DNA of 41,525 bases from Fidelibacterota bacterium (GCA_049975265.1 JBNGDF010000002.1:154543-196067); one strand, 5' to 3'; numbered from the stretch's first letter, positions 28,705 to 39,124 are shown. Notes: generated by a model from the letters alone, not told the origin. Numbers and translations are program-made.

Positions 28705-30858
28705 TTATTTCACCGTTATGTTAAAAATTCCATCGGCATCGATCAAACCGGGATTATCCAGAAGACTGGAGCAGCGACCGATAAAGACCCGCGCCACCGG
28801 GTCACCCGGCATCCGTTGCAATACCTCTTTAAACCGCAAAATGGCATTTTTATAATCCCGCTGCCGATATAACCTCAATGCATCATCATGAAAAGACAAC
28901 GCCTCTTTCAATTTGTTGTCAATTATATCCCTTTCACCGACAATGGTGTAAATTCTGAGAGCTGCGTCACGTCCTTTGACCCTGATATGGTCAATTTCCC
29001 GGCAAACGAGCTGCGCTTTAATCATTTCATAGGTGGTTTCGGAAATCAGGTTTTGCGTGCCGTAAATCTTATTTACCCCTTCCAGCCGGGCAGCCAGATT
29101 CACCGTATCGCCGATCGCCGTATAATCCATGCGATTTGTTGAACCGATATTGCCGACGATCAAAGCTCCACTGTTGACACCCACCCGGGTAACAAACTGG
29201 ACCGGCTTTCCCGCTTTTTCAATGGTCATTTTTGATAATTTCTGAAAATCCATGACCGCCCGGGCACTGCGCAGAGCATGATCAGCCGCCTCAATCGGCG
29301 CACCGAAAACCGCCATTATTCCATCACCGGTGTATTTGTCCAGCATGCCGTTGTGCTGAAATATAATCGTCTCCACCAATCCGAAATACTCATTCAGCAG
29401 CTCCACAATCTGGTGCGGCGTGAACAGCTCCGACGTGCTGGTAAAATCCTGTAAATCGGTGAACAGTACCGTGGCTTCGATCTCTTTGCCACCCATCTCT
29501 ATATTCTCCGGATTCTGAGTCAGCGTCTCCACCACCGTCGGGTGCAGATAGCGATTAAATACCCGCTTCACCTGCGCCTTCTCACGCCCCTCGGTCAGGT
29601 AGTTCACGATCAGGACCGCCATTACCGCCAGAACAATCGCCAGATCGGACTGTACCACCGGAAAAAAATAGTGCCGGCTTTGAAACAGAAAAACCGAAAT
29701 GAGCACCGGAATCACAAAGCAGCCAGCCGAGATAAGCACCGCTTCCCAGATTTTCAATCGCTGCCAGGCATAGCCAAGTCCCACCGTCATGAGTATCACA
29801 AGGATCAACCACCAACCAGCGGAAACGTGCCGGATGTAATCTCCCTCTAGGATATTCGAATAAATCGTCGCATAAATCTCGACGCCGGGACAGGGCTCCA
29901 ACGGACTGAAAGGTGTGGTTTTGAGGTCCAGCAAACCCGCTGCCGTGGCTCCGATAAAAACAGCTTTATTTTTAAATATTTCCGGTGAAATATCCGTCTC
30001 CAACCCCTGCTGCAATTGCAGATAGGTGTTCACTAGCTGGGCAAACGAGACATAGGTGAAGCTGTTTCCCGGTCCACCGGCGCCATACCAGTAAATCTCA
30101 AATTTTCCATCTTCGTCAACGGGAATCGTGCGATTCTGCACTCTGAGCCCGCCTTTCTCCGCCTGCACGAGGCTATCACCCGTGGAAACCAGAAATGCCG
30201 AGAGTGCCAAATAAGGGATGATCCGCTCGCCATACCGAAAAACCAGCGGAATCCGACGACAAATACCGTCCTCATCGGTGAAGAAATTCACGGCGCCAGG
30301 CATTGCCATTGCCTCCTGAAACCTCCGGATGGGCAGTGTCAGACCCGGATAAGGGTAGACGATCCACTGATCTCCGGTATACCGGCATTCCTGATTAAAT
30401 CGCGGGATAATGTCCGGCTTGCCCGTATGCGACGAATCCTCCATCTGGGTTGCCAGTACCACCTTGTCGGACTGCCGCATCGCTTCTGCAAACCGGGAAT
30501 CAGCATAGGCTGCACTGACATTCAACCGGTCGATATCCGGCGAGGAAAAGATCACATCAAAGGCAATCACCTTTGCTCCGCATTCGGTCAGAAAATCGGT
30601 TGCCAGGGCATACACATCCCTCGGCCAGGGCCAGAGTAGCTGCAGATTCTCCTGAAAATAGTCCAGGCTGTTCTGGTCAATGGCAATAATAACCACTTCA
30701 TCGGATGCCCGACCCGCTGAAAAATTACGATAAATAAAATCCTGTACCTGCTTTTCCCAGCGGTCAAACAACACGGTCTGCGAACCCAGCAACGCCACTA
30801 CGGTCGCTGCCAAGCCGATGACAATCGCCACGAACCATCTGTGCCGGTTTTTATTCAC
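28705..30858 (-). CDS. CHASE2-domain class III adenylate/guanylate cyclase
   Basis: IAID, WPWPR, IAFDVIF, DEDGICRR, PGVEI; VLFTDLQDFT, DKYTGDG, YTAIGDTVNLAARLE. Confidence 0.93.
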   Translation of the reverse strand: MNKNRHRWFVAIVIGLAATVVALLGSQTVLFDRWEKQVQDFIYRNFSAGRASDEVVIIAIDQNSLDYFQENLQLLWPWPRDVYALATDFLTECGAKVIAFDVIFSSPDIDRLNVSAAYADSRFAEAMRQSDKVVLATQMEDSSHTGKPDIIPRFNQECRYTGDQWIVYPYPGLTLPIRRFQEAMAMPGAVNFFTDEDGICRRIPLVFRYGERIIPYLALSAFLVSTGDSLVQAEKGGLRVQNRTIPVDEDGKFEIYWYGAGGPGNSFTYVSFAQLVNTYLQLQQGLETDISPEIFKNKAVFIGATAAGLLDLKTTPFSPLEPCPGVEIYATIYSNILEGDYIRHVSAGWWLILVILMTVGLGYAWQRLKIWEAVLISAGCFVIPVLISVFLFQSRHYFFPVVQSDLAIVLAVMAVLIVNYLTEGREKAQVKRVFNRYLHPTVVETLTQNPENIEMGGKEIEATVLFTDLQDFTSTSELFTPHQIVELLNEYFGLVETIIFQHNGMLDKYTGDGIMAVFGAPIEAADHALRSARAVMDFQKLSKMTIEKAGKPVQFVTRVGVNSGALIVGNIGSTNRMDYTAIGDTVNLAARLEGVNKIYGTQNLISETTYEMIKAQLVCREIDHIRVKGRDAALRIYTIVGERDIIDNKLKEALSFHDDALRLYRQRDYKNAILRFKEVLQRMPGDPVARVFIGRCSSLLDNPGLIDADGIFNITVK

Positions 30859-30870
30859 AGAGATAATACG

Positions 30871-32319
30871 TTAATCCAGTATTTCCCACTCGAATTTCCA
30901 GCGCCATTGATCGAAGTAGAGATTCCCACCGTCCCACTCCACTTCGCCTCGCTGCGAATCGATGGTCTCCGAACGGAAATATCGTTTTGCAGGCTCAAGG
31001 GGTTGCGAATAATCGTCGTTGAAAATCAACCGGTAAGAGTCCATCCCGCTGAGATAAAACCATTTCAGCGGTTCATCATCGGTGTCACGCAAGCCGTAGG
31101 TCACATCCATGGGGACCCATCCATAGGGCTCAAAATAGATTTCGCCCCAGTCGTGCATACTGTCGTCGGGCGGCTGAAATTCCCAGCCCGACTGCCACTT
31201 CGTCGGGATACAGTTCATCCGGCAAAGCGTCATAAATGTCAGCGTCTGCATTCCGCAATCGCCGTGGCGGGTTTTGATGACATACTCCGGAATATTATAA
31301 AAAGTCGAGTACTCCCGCGCCGATGCCCAGGTAATGTTGGTATCCACCCAGGCAAACAGCTTTTGGGCAATCCGGTAGGGATTTTTTTCATCGCCCACAA
31401 TCGCACGGGACAGTTCCCGTAAATCCTTCGAGAATACGATATGGGGCAGGCGTTCACTTAAAAAGTCACCCAGATTACCCGTTTTATCCACGGGCACAAC
31501 CTTCTCCGGGTCCACCGGCACATATACGCCATGAGCGGTATATATGTATTCCACAGAGAACCCGGTCTCCTTTTCTCCCTTTGAAGGCTGCTGAAAATAG
31601 ATCGTGCGCTGTAACCGGCGATTGTCCGCCAGAATATACTTACGCGGACTGGTGGTTAGCAGCTGAATATCGGTCTGTCTGTTTTCGATTTCCCGGGGAA
31701 AGGGGATCCAGCAGCGAATTTGTTTGCCCTCGGGAACCACATTCTCCTTGACGATTACGCTCTGTTTTACCCGAATCCGCACCGGTTTCACCTGGCGGTG
31801 CCCTGTCGCTTTCGCATCCTCCATGACGGCGGCAATATGCTCGTCCAGCGGGAACTCCTTCTCCATCGCGGCGTCGCCCCGCTCGGCATCCAGTCGCTTC
31901 TTGAGCTGCTTCAGTTTTGGGTCCAGCCGAAACAGGTTATAATGCGCATTGTTGAAATAGCGTTTTTCACCATCAATTATTTTATACTCCAGCAACAGAT
32001 CCTCTTCCCAGTGGTGTAAATCTTCCGCCGTCACTTCGGGTAAATATCGTTTCACATAATCGATTACCCCGGTTTCCGTCAAGGTAAAATCCTTTTCAAT
32101 CCGGTCCATGCGCTCCAGCTCGAATTGCAGCTGCTTCAGGTACTCCGGACTTAATTTTTCCGGAACAGCCAATTCCTGCCGGATCAGACGCCGGGCTTCC
32201 TCAAAATGACCGTTCATAATTATCTCCTGATAAGCCGGCTTTTTGGCGCATGAAAAAAGCCCGATCAGAACGACTGCCAGCAACAGCCACTCTGTCGCCA
32301 TCATTGTTTGCTTCACCAT
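30871..32319 (-). CDS. Transglutaminase-like domain lipoprotein
   Basis: Lipobox LFSC; catalytic triad pattern GDCG...HDWGE...WVPMD. Confidence 0.85.
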   Translation of the reverse strand: MVKQTMMATEWLLLAVVLIGLFSCAKKPAYQEIIMNGHFEEARRLIRQELAVPEKLSPEYLKQLQFELERMDRIEKDFTLTETGVIDYVKRYLPEVTAEDLHHWEEDLLLEYKIIDGEKRYFNNAHYNLFRLDPKLKQLKKRLDAERGDAAMEKEFPLDEHIAAVMEDAKATGHRQVKPVRIRVKQSVIVKENVVPEGKQIRCWIPFPREIENRQTDIQLLTTSPRKYILADNRRLQRTIYFQQPSKGEKETGFSVEYIYTAHGVYVPVDPEKVVPVDKTGNLGDFLSERLPHIVFSKDLRELSRAIVGDEKNPYRIAQKLFAWVDTNITWASAREYSTFYNIPEYVIKTRHGDCGMQTLTFMTLCRMNCIPTKWQSGWEFQPPDDSMHDWGEIYFEPYGWVPMDVTYGLRDTDDEPLKWFYLSGMDSYRLIFNDDYSQPLEPAKRYFRSETIDSQRGEVEWDGGNLYFDQWRWKFEWEILD

Positions 32320-32507
32320 TTTTCACTCCCCTCTTTTGGTTGATGCTCCGCCTCTTGCTCCTTTTTGCGAATTTATCATTTTTTTTCAGCAAAATAAAAT
32401 AAGGATTCAATTTCTCACAGAAGTTCTTAATTTATTGCCCGTGTCTGGCACAGCGTTTGTCAGATATTGTTCGGAATTTCTAAACCGCGACTAATACGAG
32501 AAGGCAA

Positions 32508-34577
32508 ATGAAGCGTATCCGGCAGCACCCCATTCTGAAAATTCCCGAAAATAGAAAAGAAATACGCTTTTTTTTCAAAGGTAAGGAATTTTGGGGAATC
32601 GAAGGCGAACCTGTCTCATCCGCACTGATCGCCAACGGCATCCAGGTGTTCAACGTTCACCGCCGCGGCGATACACCCCAGGGACTTTTCTGCGCCAACG
32701 GACAATGTTCCCACTGCACCCTGATCATCAACGGACTTCCCCTGAAATCCTGTATCACACCGCTGAAAGAGGGCATGGAGATATTTCCGCTGATTCATCT
32801 CCCCGAAATCCCCCAGGACGATACGCCTCTGGAAAACCATCACAAGATCACCGAAACGTGCGACGTGCTCATCATCGGCGGCGGACCAGCCGGATTGACC
32901 GCCGGCATCGAACTCGCCAAACTGGGATATTCGATCATTCTGGTGGATGACAAAACCCGACTGGGCGGGAAATTGCTGCTTCAGACACATAAATTTTTCG
33001 GTTCCATCGAAGACTGCTACGCTGGCACCCGGGGCATCGATATTGCCAAAAAACTGGAGAAAGAGGTCCGGCAACATCCGAACGTCAAGGTGTACACCGA
33101 TACCGCAGTGGTCGGCATTTTCAAAGACCGCAAAGCCGGACTTTTCAGCACAAACCGGCGCTATATCACCGTGGATTTTCAGGGACTGGTGATTTCCGCC
33201 GGTGCCCGTGAAAAGTCGCTGATCTTCCCCGGCAATAACCTGCCCGGTGTCTACGGCGCCGGCGCCTTTCAGACCCTGGTAAACCGCGACCTGGTCCATT
33301 CATCCAACCGGATTCTCATTATCGGCAGCGGCAACGTCGGTCTGATTGCCGCCTATCACGCCCTGCAAGCCGGAATGCAGGTGGTGGGAATCTGTGATAT
33401 TCTCGATTCCGTCTCCGGCTACAAAGTCCACGCCGATAAAATTCGGCGCATGGGCGTACCGATTTACCTGAATCATACGATTCTGTCGGCGGAAGGTCAT
33501 AAAACCGTCGAAAAGGTCACCATCGCCCGGGTTAATCAGCAATACCAGCCGATTCTCGACACCGCTAAAACCTTTAAGGTCGATACTCTCCTGATTGCCG
33601 TCGGCTTGACACCGGTGGATGAATTTTACGATATGGCGCTGGACTTCGGATTCAACGTCGTCAAAACCGGCGATGCGGCGGAGATCGCCGAAGCCTCATC
33701 GGCAATGTTCGGAGGACGGATCGCCGGACTGAAAATGGCGCAGCGGCTGGGCAGGGAGATTGAAATTGATCCCGCCTGGAGCCAAAAAGCCGATATTCTG
33801 AAAAGCAAACCCGGCAAAATCCATCCACCAATCCCCGTGAAATTGACCGATTCTTTTCAGCCGATTATCCGCTGTGATGAGGAGATTCCCTGCAATCCCT
33901 GCACCTCTGTCTGTCCGGTAAATGCCATTCAGCTGGAAAAAAAGCTGGACAATATCATGGATATCCCCCGCTATCACGGCGATTGCACCGGCTGCGGTCT
34001 GTGCGTATTGATCTGCCCGGGACTGGCAATCACCCTCACCAGAAAAACGGACGACCGACACGCCGAGGTAATCCTGCCCTACGAATTTATACCCGATTTC
34101 AGCGTCGGTGACAAAATCCCGGTCACCGATCAAACCGGTCAATTTCTGGAAGATGCCGAAGTGCTTAAAATCCGCTTTATGAAAAAATACAAAACGCACC
34201 TGATTCACGTCCACTCCACCCTGGAAAACGGTGCCAGGATTTGCGGAATCCGGGTACAGTCACCCGACGTTACCAAGCCGCTGCCAAAACCGTCATACCA
34301 CTATCTTCCGGAAAACGGCATCGTCTGCCACTGCGAAATGATCACTGTCAAGGAGCTGGTGGATTTTATCAAAGAACACAATATCCGCGATGTGAATCAG
34401 TTAAAACAGATCCGCGTCGGGATGGGCGCCTGTGGCGGAAAAACCTGTTCCGCGCTGCTGCCCGCCGTCTTCCGCATGGCGGGAGTGGACTGGAATGAAG
34501 TGACCGCCGGAACGAAACGACCCCTGAATGTCGAGGTCCCGATGTTCGCCCTAATTAACGAAGAGATTTCGGAATGA
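32508..34577 (+). CDS. Multi-domain FAD/Fe-S oxidoreductase (2Fe-2S + pyridine nucleotide-disulfide-type FAD domain + 4Fe-4S dicluster + BFD-like), proline dehydrogenase/sarcosine oxidase alpha-like
   Basis: CANGQCSHC..SC, GGGPAGL, GSGNVG, CNPCTSVCP, CTGCGLCVLICP, CHC...CGGKTC. Confidence 0.85.
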   Translation: MKRIRQHPILKIPENRKEIRFFFKGKEFWGIEGEPVSSALIANGIQVFNVHRRGDTPQGLFCANGQCSHCTLIINGLPLKSCITPLKEGMEIFPLIHLPEIPQDDTPLENHHKITETCDVLIIGGGPAGLTAGIELAKLGYSIILVDDKTRLGGKLLLQTHKFFGSIEDCYAGTRGIDIAKKLEKEVRQHPNVKVYTDTAVVGIFKDRKAGLFSTNRRYITVDFQGLVISAGAREKSLIFPGNNLPGVYGAGAFQTLVNRDLVHSSNRILIIGSGNVGLIAAYHALQAGMQVVGICDILDSVSGYKVHADKIRRMGVPIYLNHTILSAEGHKTVEKVTIARVNQQYQPILDTAKTFKVDTLLIAVGLTPVDEFYDMALDFGFNVVKTGDAAEIAEASSAMFGGRIAGLKMAQRLGREIEIDPAWSQKADILKSKPGKIHPPIPVKLTDSFQPIIRCDEEIPCNPCTSVCPVNAIQLEKKLDNIMDIPRYHGDCTGCGLCVLICPGLAITLTRKTDDRHAEVILPYEFIPDFSVGDKIPVTDQTGQFLEDAEVLKIRFMKKYKTHLIHVHSTLENGARICGIRVQSPDVTKPLPKPSYHYLPENGIVCHCEMITVKELVDFIKEHNIRDVNQLKQIRVGMGACGGKTCSALLPAVFRMAGVDWNEVTAGTKRPLNVEVPMFALINEEISE

Positions 34578-34580
34578 TCC

Positions 34581-35729
34581 ATGACAAATTATGATATCAT
34601 CATCATCGGCGCTGGCAGTATCGGCGTGCCGCTAAGTTTTTACCTTGCGGAAAAAGGGCTGTCCGTTCTGGTCATCGAAAGGCTGCAATCCGTCGGTCGC
34701 GGTCAGAACCGGGCTGCCATCGGGGGCATCCGGGCAACCCATTCCGACCCGGCAAAAATCACCATCTGCCGCCGCACCATCGACATCGTCTCCCACATGG
34801 AACCGGCATACGGCTACGATGTGGATTGGATTTCCGGCGGCTACCTTTTCCCCGTCTACCGGGAAAAGGACGAAGTCGCCCTGAAGAAATTACTGGAATT
34901 CCAAAAGCACTACGAGCTGAATATCAACTGGATTCATCCCGCAGAGATTGAGGAGCTGGTACCCGGCATCAATACCGAAAAACTACGGGGCGGAACCTAC
35001 TCACCCGAAGACGGCTCGGCATCGCCGTTGAAATTGATCGATGCCTTTTACATGCTGGCACAGCAGCAGGACGCAGAGTTCCATTTCAATGAAAGGGTTA
35101 TCGGCTTCGAGACCAAAGATACAACTATCACTGCCGTCAAAACCGACAGGACAAGCTATTCGGCGGGCATTGTAATCGGCGCCGCCGGAGCTCATTCCCG
35201 GGAGATCGGCGCCATGCTCGGGCTGGATGTCCCGGTCTTCCCCGAATCCCATGAGGCAGGCATCACCGAACCGGTGAAACGATTCTTTGAACCCATGATC
35301 GTCGACATCCGACCGGCTCCCGGATCAGCCAATTACTATTTCTATCAGAATGTCGAAGGACAGGTGGTATTCTGCATCACGCCGGAGCCCGGCATTCCGG
35401 GACTGGATTGCGACAACACCTCGATCTTTCTGCCTCAGGTGGTCAGCCGCATGGTGGCTCTGTATCCCCGGCTTCGCCACCTGCGCGTGCGGCGTACCTG
35501 GCGCGGTCTCTATCCCATGACGCCTGACGGCTTCCCCATCGTCGGCTTTACCAGAGAGTACCGCAATTTTCTGCTGGCTACCGGCATGTGCGGACAGGGC
35601 TTTATGATCGGACCGGGGCTGGGCGAAATCCTCGCCGGGATAATCGTTGACCAGAACACCTCAGACAGCGATATTCTGAAACAGCTGACGCTGTACCGCA
35701 GTTTCAGCGATGAAGAGATGCTGAAATAA
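34581..35729 (+). CDS. DAO-family FAD-binding oxidoreductase (proline dehydrogenase/sarcosine oxidase beta-like)
   Basis: IIIGAGSIG, W.GLYPMTPDG.PIVG, G.CGQGF..GPG.G. Confidence 0.88.
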   Translation: MTNYDIIIIGAGSIGVPLSFYLAEKGLSVLVIERLQSVGRGQNRAAIGGIRATHSDPAKITICRRTIDIVSHMEPAYGYDVDWISGGYLFPVYREKDEVALKKLLEFQKHYELNINWIHPAEIEELVPGINTEKLRGGTYSPEDGSASPLKLIDAFYMLAQQQDAEFHFNERVIGFETKDTTITAVKTDRTSYSAGIVIGAAGAHSREIGAMLGLDVPVFPESHEAGITEPVKRFFEPMIVDIRPAPGSANYYFYQNVEGQVVFCITPEPGIPGLDCDNTSIFLPQVVSRMVALYPRLRHLRVRRTWRGLYPMTPDGFPIVGFTREYRNFLLATGMCGQGFMIGPGLGEILAGIIVDQNTSDSDILKQLTLYRSFSDEEMLK

Positions 35730-35797
35730 GATTTATTCTTATCATTTACCCTGGTAATTTGTATCTTATCATGCCGTTTATGTAAGGGAGATTCAAC

Positions 35798-36997
35798 ATG
35801 CCGGAAACTGTCTCGCAAAAAGCCAAAGCCATCAAACCGTCACCCACCATGGCGATGCACGCCAAAGCCGGCGACATGATCGCCAGAGGAATCGACATCA
35901 TCAATTTCGGCGTCGGTGAACCGGATTTCAACACCCCGGATTATATTAAAAATGCCGGCATTCAGGCAATCCGGGACAATTTTACCCACTATACTGCCGC
36001 CGCCGGAATGCCCGAACTTCGCCAAGCCATTGCACAAAAATTGCAGAGGGAAAATAATTTGGATTACGACCCGGATGATATTCTGGTATCACCGGGCGCC
36101 AAAGCCTCCATCACCACAATCTTGGCGGCAATCTGCGATCCCGGCGACGAGGTCCTGATTCCGGCACCCTACTGGGTCAGCTATCCTGCCCAGGCTGCCC
36201 TGGCGGACGGTTTGCCGGTCTACCTGCCCACCGATGAATCCACCGCCTTTAAAATCACCGCAGAACAGCTCAGCAGGGTCGGCGGTGCACTGAAAAAGCC
36301 CAAAGTACTGATTCTGAATTCACCCAACAACCCCACCGGCGCCGTCTACACCAAAAGTGATCTGGAGGCGATTGCCGATGTATGTGTCCGGAACAACCTG
36401 CTGGTTATCTCAGATGAGATTTATGAAAAATTGGTCTACGACGGTGAAGCTCACTACTCCATCGCCCAATTTTCGGATGAGATCAAAAAACGGACAATCG
36501 TCATCAACGGCATCTCCAAAGCCTTTGCCATGACCGGCTGGCGACTGGGCTACGCCGCCGGACCAAGGGACATCATCAAAGCGGCAACCCGCATCCAGAG
36601 TCACAACGCCTCCTGCGTCAGCTCCATCACCCAGAAAGCCACCATCACCGCCCTAACCGAGGACGACGGCAGCATTGAGAAAATGCGCCGGGAATTTGAT
36701 CGCCGCCGGAAATTTCTGGTCGCAGAAATCAATACCATCCCCAATGTCTCCTGCGCACTTCCCAAAGGCGCCTTTTATACAATGGTCAACGTAAGCTACT
36801 TCCTGGAAAATAATGTCAAAGGTATCATCGGCACCGACGAGCTCTGCCTCTACCTGCTGGAAACAGCCCACATCGCCGTGGTGACGGGTTCCGCCTTCGG
36901 AATGGAAAAGTACGTGCGCTTTTCCTACGCCAACAGCATGGAAAACCTCAGAGAGGGACTGCGGCGTTTCGCCGCCGGGCTTCAGTCGCTGCTGTAA
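35798..36997 (+). CDS. PLP-dependent class I aminotransferase (aspartate aminotransferase-like)
   Basis: GEPDF, NSPNNPTG, SDEIYE, SKAFAMTGWRLG. Confidence 0.93.
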   Translation: MPETVSQKAKAIKPSPTMAMHAKAGDMIARGIDIINFGVGEPDFNTPDYIKNAGIQAIRDNFTHYTAAAGMPELRQAIAQKLQRENNLDYDPDDILVSPGAKASITTILAAICDPGDEVLIPAPYWVSYPAQAALADGLPVYLPTDESTAFKITAEQLSRVGGALKKPKVLILNSPNNPTGAVYTKSDLEAIADVCVRNNLLVISDEIYEKLVYDGEAHYSIAQFSDEIKKRTIVINGISKAFAMTGWRLGYAAGPRDIIKAATRIQSHNASCVSSITQKATITALTEDDGSIEKMRREFDRRRKFLVAEINTIPNVSCALPKGAFYTMVNVSYFLENNVKGIIGTDELCLYLLETAHIAVVTGSAFGMEKYVRFSYANSMENLREGLRRFAAGLQSLL

Positions 36998-37073
36998 ATG
37001 GAAACCATGAATGCGCGATAAAGTGGTCTTTAATACTCTATAAAAATCAGAACGACAAGCTTTTACTGATGAG

Positions 37074-38054
37074 ATGATGAACCGGTACGACGTCTATTTT
37101 TATGAAGCATTTGACGAGGAAGAGCGACAACTGCGCCGCTTTTTACCCAAACGCCTGAAAGCCGGTTACACGTTTAAAACCATCCAGGAAAGCAATCGTA
37201 CCGAACCGCCAGCGAAGATCATCAGTACCCGCACGCAAACCGTCATCCCGGATACCTGGTTGCCGCAGGTGCAGGCTTTTCTGACCCGCAGCACCGGCTA
37301 CGATTATTACAAATCCCTCCGCCGGAAGCCGGAGCCGCCCGCCTGTCTGGGCTACCTCCCACTCTATTGCCACCGCGCCGTGGCTGAACAGGCAATGCTG
37401 CTCTGGACGGCGTTGCTGCGCAAACTGCCGACCCAGCTACGGCAATTCGCTACCTTCCACCGCGACGGCATCACCGGTGGAGAGATTCAGGGCAAAACCC
37501 TGTTGGTGGTGGGCGTCGGCAATATCGGCTACGAAATCGTCAAAATCGGGCGCGGACTGGAGATGACCGTTTTCGGGGTGGATATCGACCAGAAACATAG
37601 CGATGTGAACTATGTCGAATTTCCCGAAAAACGGCAGCAGGCGGATATTATCGTCAGCGCCATGAACCTGACATCGCAGAACACCGGCTATTTCAATTAC
37701 GAATCCCTGAAGCCGGTGAAACCCGGTGCGCTGTTCGTCAATATCGCCCGGGGAGAAGAGTGTGTGCCGTCGGATTTGAAACGCCTGCTCGACGAGGGTA
37801 TTCTCGGCGGCGTGGCGCTGGATGTCTATCCCCGTGAAAACGAGCTGGGAAGCGCCCTGCGCAATCATGTGGAACCCACCGATCCAGAGTTGCAGGTCAT
37901 CCGGGAACTCGCCGGCTACCCGAATGTCATTCTGACGCCCCATAACGCCTTTAACACGCAAGAAGCCGTGACCCGTAAAGCCGAGCAATCGGTGCAACAA
38001 ATCCTGAATTTTTTAAAAACCGGCAAATTTATCTGGGAGGTTCCGGAAAGGTGA
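37074..38054 (+). CDS. D-isomer-specific 2-hydroxyacid dehydrogenase (D-LDH-like)
   Basis: AVAEQA, GVGNIG, VNIARG, ALDVY..E, NVILTPHNAF. Confidence 0.88.
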   Translation: MMNRYDVYFYEAFDEEERQLRRFLPKRLKAGYTFKTIQESNRTEPPAKIISTRTQTVIPDTWLPQVQAFLTRSTGYDYYKSLRRKPEPPACLGYLPLYCHRAVAEQAMLLWTALLRKLPTQLRQFATFHRDGITGGEIQGKTLLVVGVGNIGYEIVKIGRGLEMTVFGVDIDQKHSDVNYVEFPEKRQQADIIVSAMNLTSQNTGYFNYESLKPVKPGALFVNIARGEECVPSDLKRLLDEGILGGVALDVYPRENELGSALRNHVEPTDPELQVIRELAGYPNVILTPHNAFNTQEAVTRKAEQSVQQILNFLKTGKFIWEVPER

Positions 38055-38141
38055 CACTTCCGAACGGGAATATTCACCCGTGATTTCTGTAACCTCAACG
38101 TTAAAAGACTATCTAAATAGATAAAATCAAGGAGACGTAAC

Positions 38142-38714
38142 ATGGAATTAAAAGGAAGTCAGACTGAGAATAACCTGCTCACCGCTTTTGCCGGTGAATC
38201 CCAGGCGCGCATGCGCTACACCTACTTTTCATCGACAGCCCGCAAAGAGGGCTACCGCCAGATTGCGGAAATTTTCGAAGAGACCGCCAATCAGGAAAAA
38301 GAACACGCTAAACGTTTTTTCAAATTCCTGAAAGGCGGCGATGTGGAAATCACGGCAGCCTTTCCAGCCGGGGTGATCGGCTCAACGCTGGACAACCTGA
38401 AAGCCGCCGCCATGGGCGAACATCACGAATGGTCATCTATGTACCCTGATTACGCCAAAATCGCCCGCCAAGAGGGTTTTAATCAAATCGCCGATGTTTT
38501 CGAGGCGGTTGCCGTCGCCGAAAAACAGCACGAAAAGCGCTATAACGAGCTGGCGCAAAACATCGCCAACGGCACGGTATTCAAGAAAGACAAACCGGTA
38601 GTCTGGCGCTGTATAAATTGCGGCTATATCATGGAAGCCGTCGAGGCACCGGAAATCTGCCCCGCCTGCGCCCATCCCCGGGCACATTTCGAACTCCTGG
38701 CGGAGAACTGGTAG
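38142..38714 (+). CDS. rbr: Rubrerythrin
   Basis: AFAGESQA..RY, EKEHA, EKQHE, WRCINCGY...CPACAHP. Confidence 0.95.
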   Translation: MELKGSQTENNLLTAFAGESQARMRYTYFSSTARKEGYRQIAEIFEETANQEKEHAKRFFKFLKGGDVEITAAFPAGVIGSTLDNLKAAAMGEHHEWSSMYPDYAKIARQEGFNQIADVFEAVAVAEKQHEKRYNELAQNIANGTVFKKDKPVVWRCINCGYIMEAVEAPEICPACAHPRAHFELLAENW

Positions 38715-38732
38715 ATTATCCAATCGCTTATG

Positions 38733-38769
38733 ACACCCAACCTTCCGAAGGTTTGCAACCTTCGGAAGG
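38733..38769. repeat. REP-like nested palindrome, copy 1
   Basis: ACACCC-AACCTTCCGAAGGTT-TGC-AACCTTCGGAAGG. Confidence 0.8.
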
Positions 38770-38811
38770 CTTATTCAAGGTCGTTATGTTTCAGAAAAGA
38801 CATAATTGTGA

Positions 38812-38840
38812 TTGACATTGTATATACACATTTTTACATT
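38812..38840 (+). promoter_or_regulatory. sigma70 promoter with an internal palindromic operator
   Basis: TTGACA-N17-TACATT; perfect palindrome TGTATATACA (38819-38828) in the spacer. Confidence 0.7.
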
Positions 38841-38848
38841 AAGTCCGT

Positions 38849-39124
38849 ATGAATATTATTTGGGATAAAGAGAAAAACGACTGGTTAATATTGAATCGTA
38901 AGATTTCCTTTGAGGAAATATCAGATAAAATTTTAAATGATGAATATATCGAGATACTTGAAAATCCGACAAGAGAGAATCAACAGTACTTTGTTATGGA
39001 GATTAATTACTACACCTGGGTAGTGCCTTTTATGATTAATAATGAAGAACAAATCGTATTAAAAAGCGCCTTCTCCAGTCGGAAATTTCACAAGAAATAT
39101 GGAGAGAAAAATGGAAACGATTAA
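38849..39124 (+). CDS. BrnT-like type II toxin
   Basis: WDKEKNDWL...R.ISFEEI...SRK pattern; toxin-first gene order. Confidence 0.8.
   Translation: MNIIWDKEKNDWLILNRKISFEEISDKILNDEYIEILENPTRENQQYFVMEINYYTWVVPFMINNEEQIVLKSAFSSRKFHKKYGEKNGND

Noticed and set aside
38110..38123. Palindrome TATCTA-AA-TAGATA upstream of rbr as a PerR/Fur-type operator
   Set aside because: Short, AT-rich and not a convincing match to known boxes. It cannot be separated from background without comparative data.
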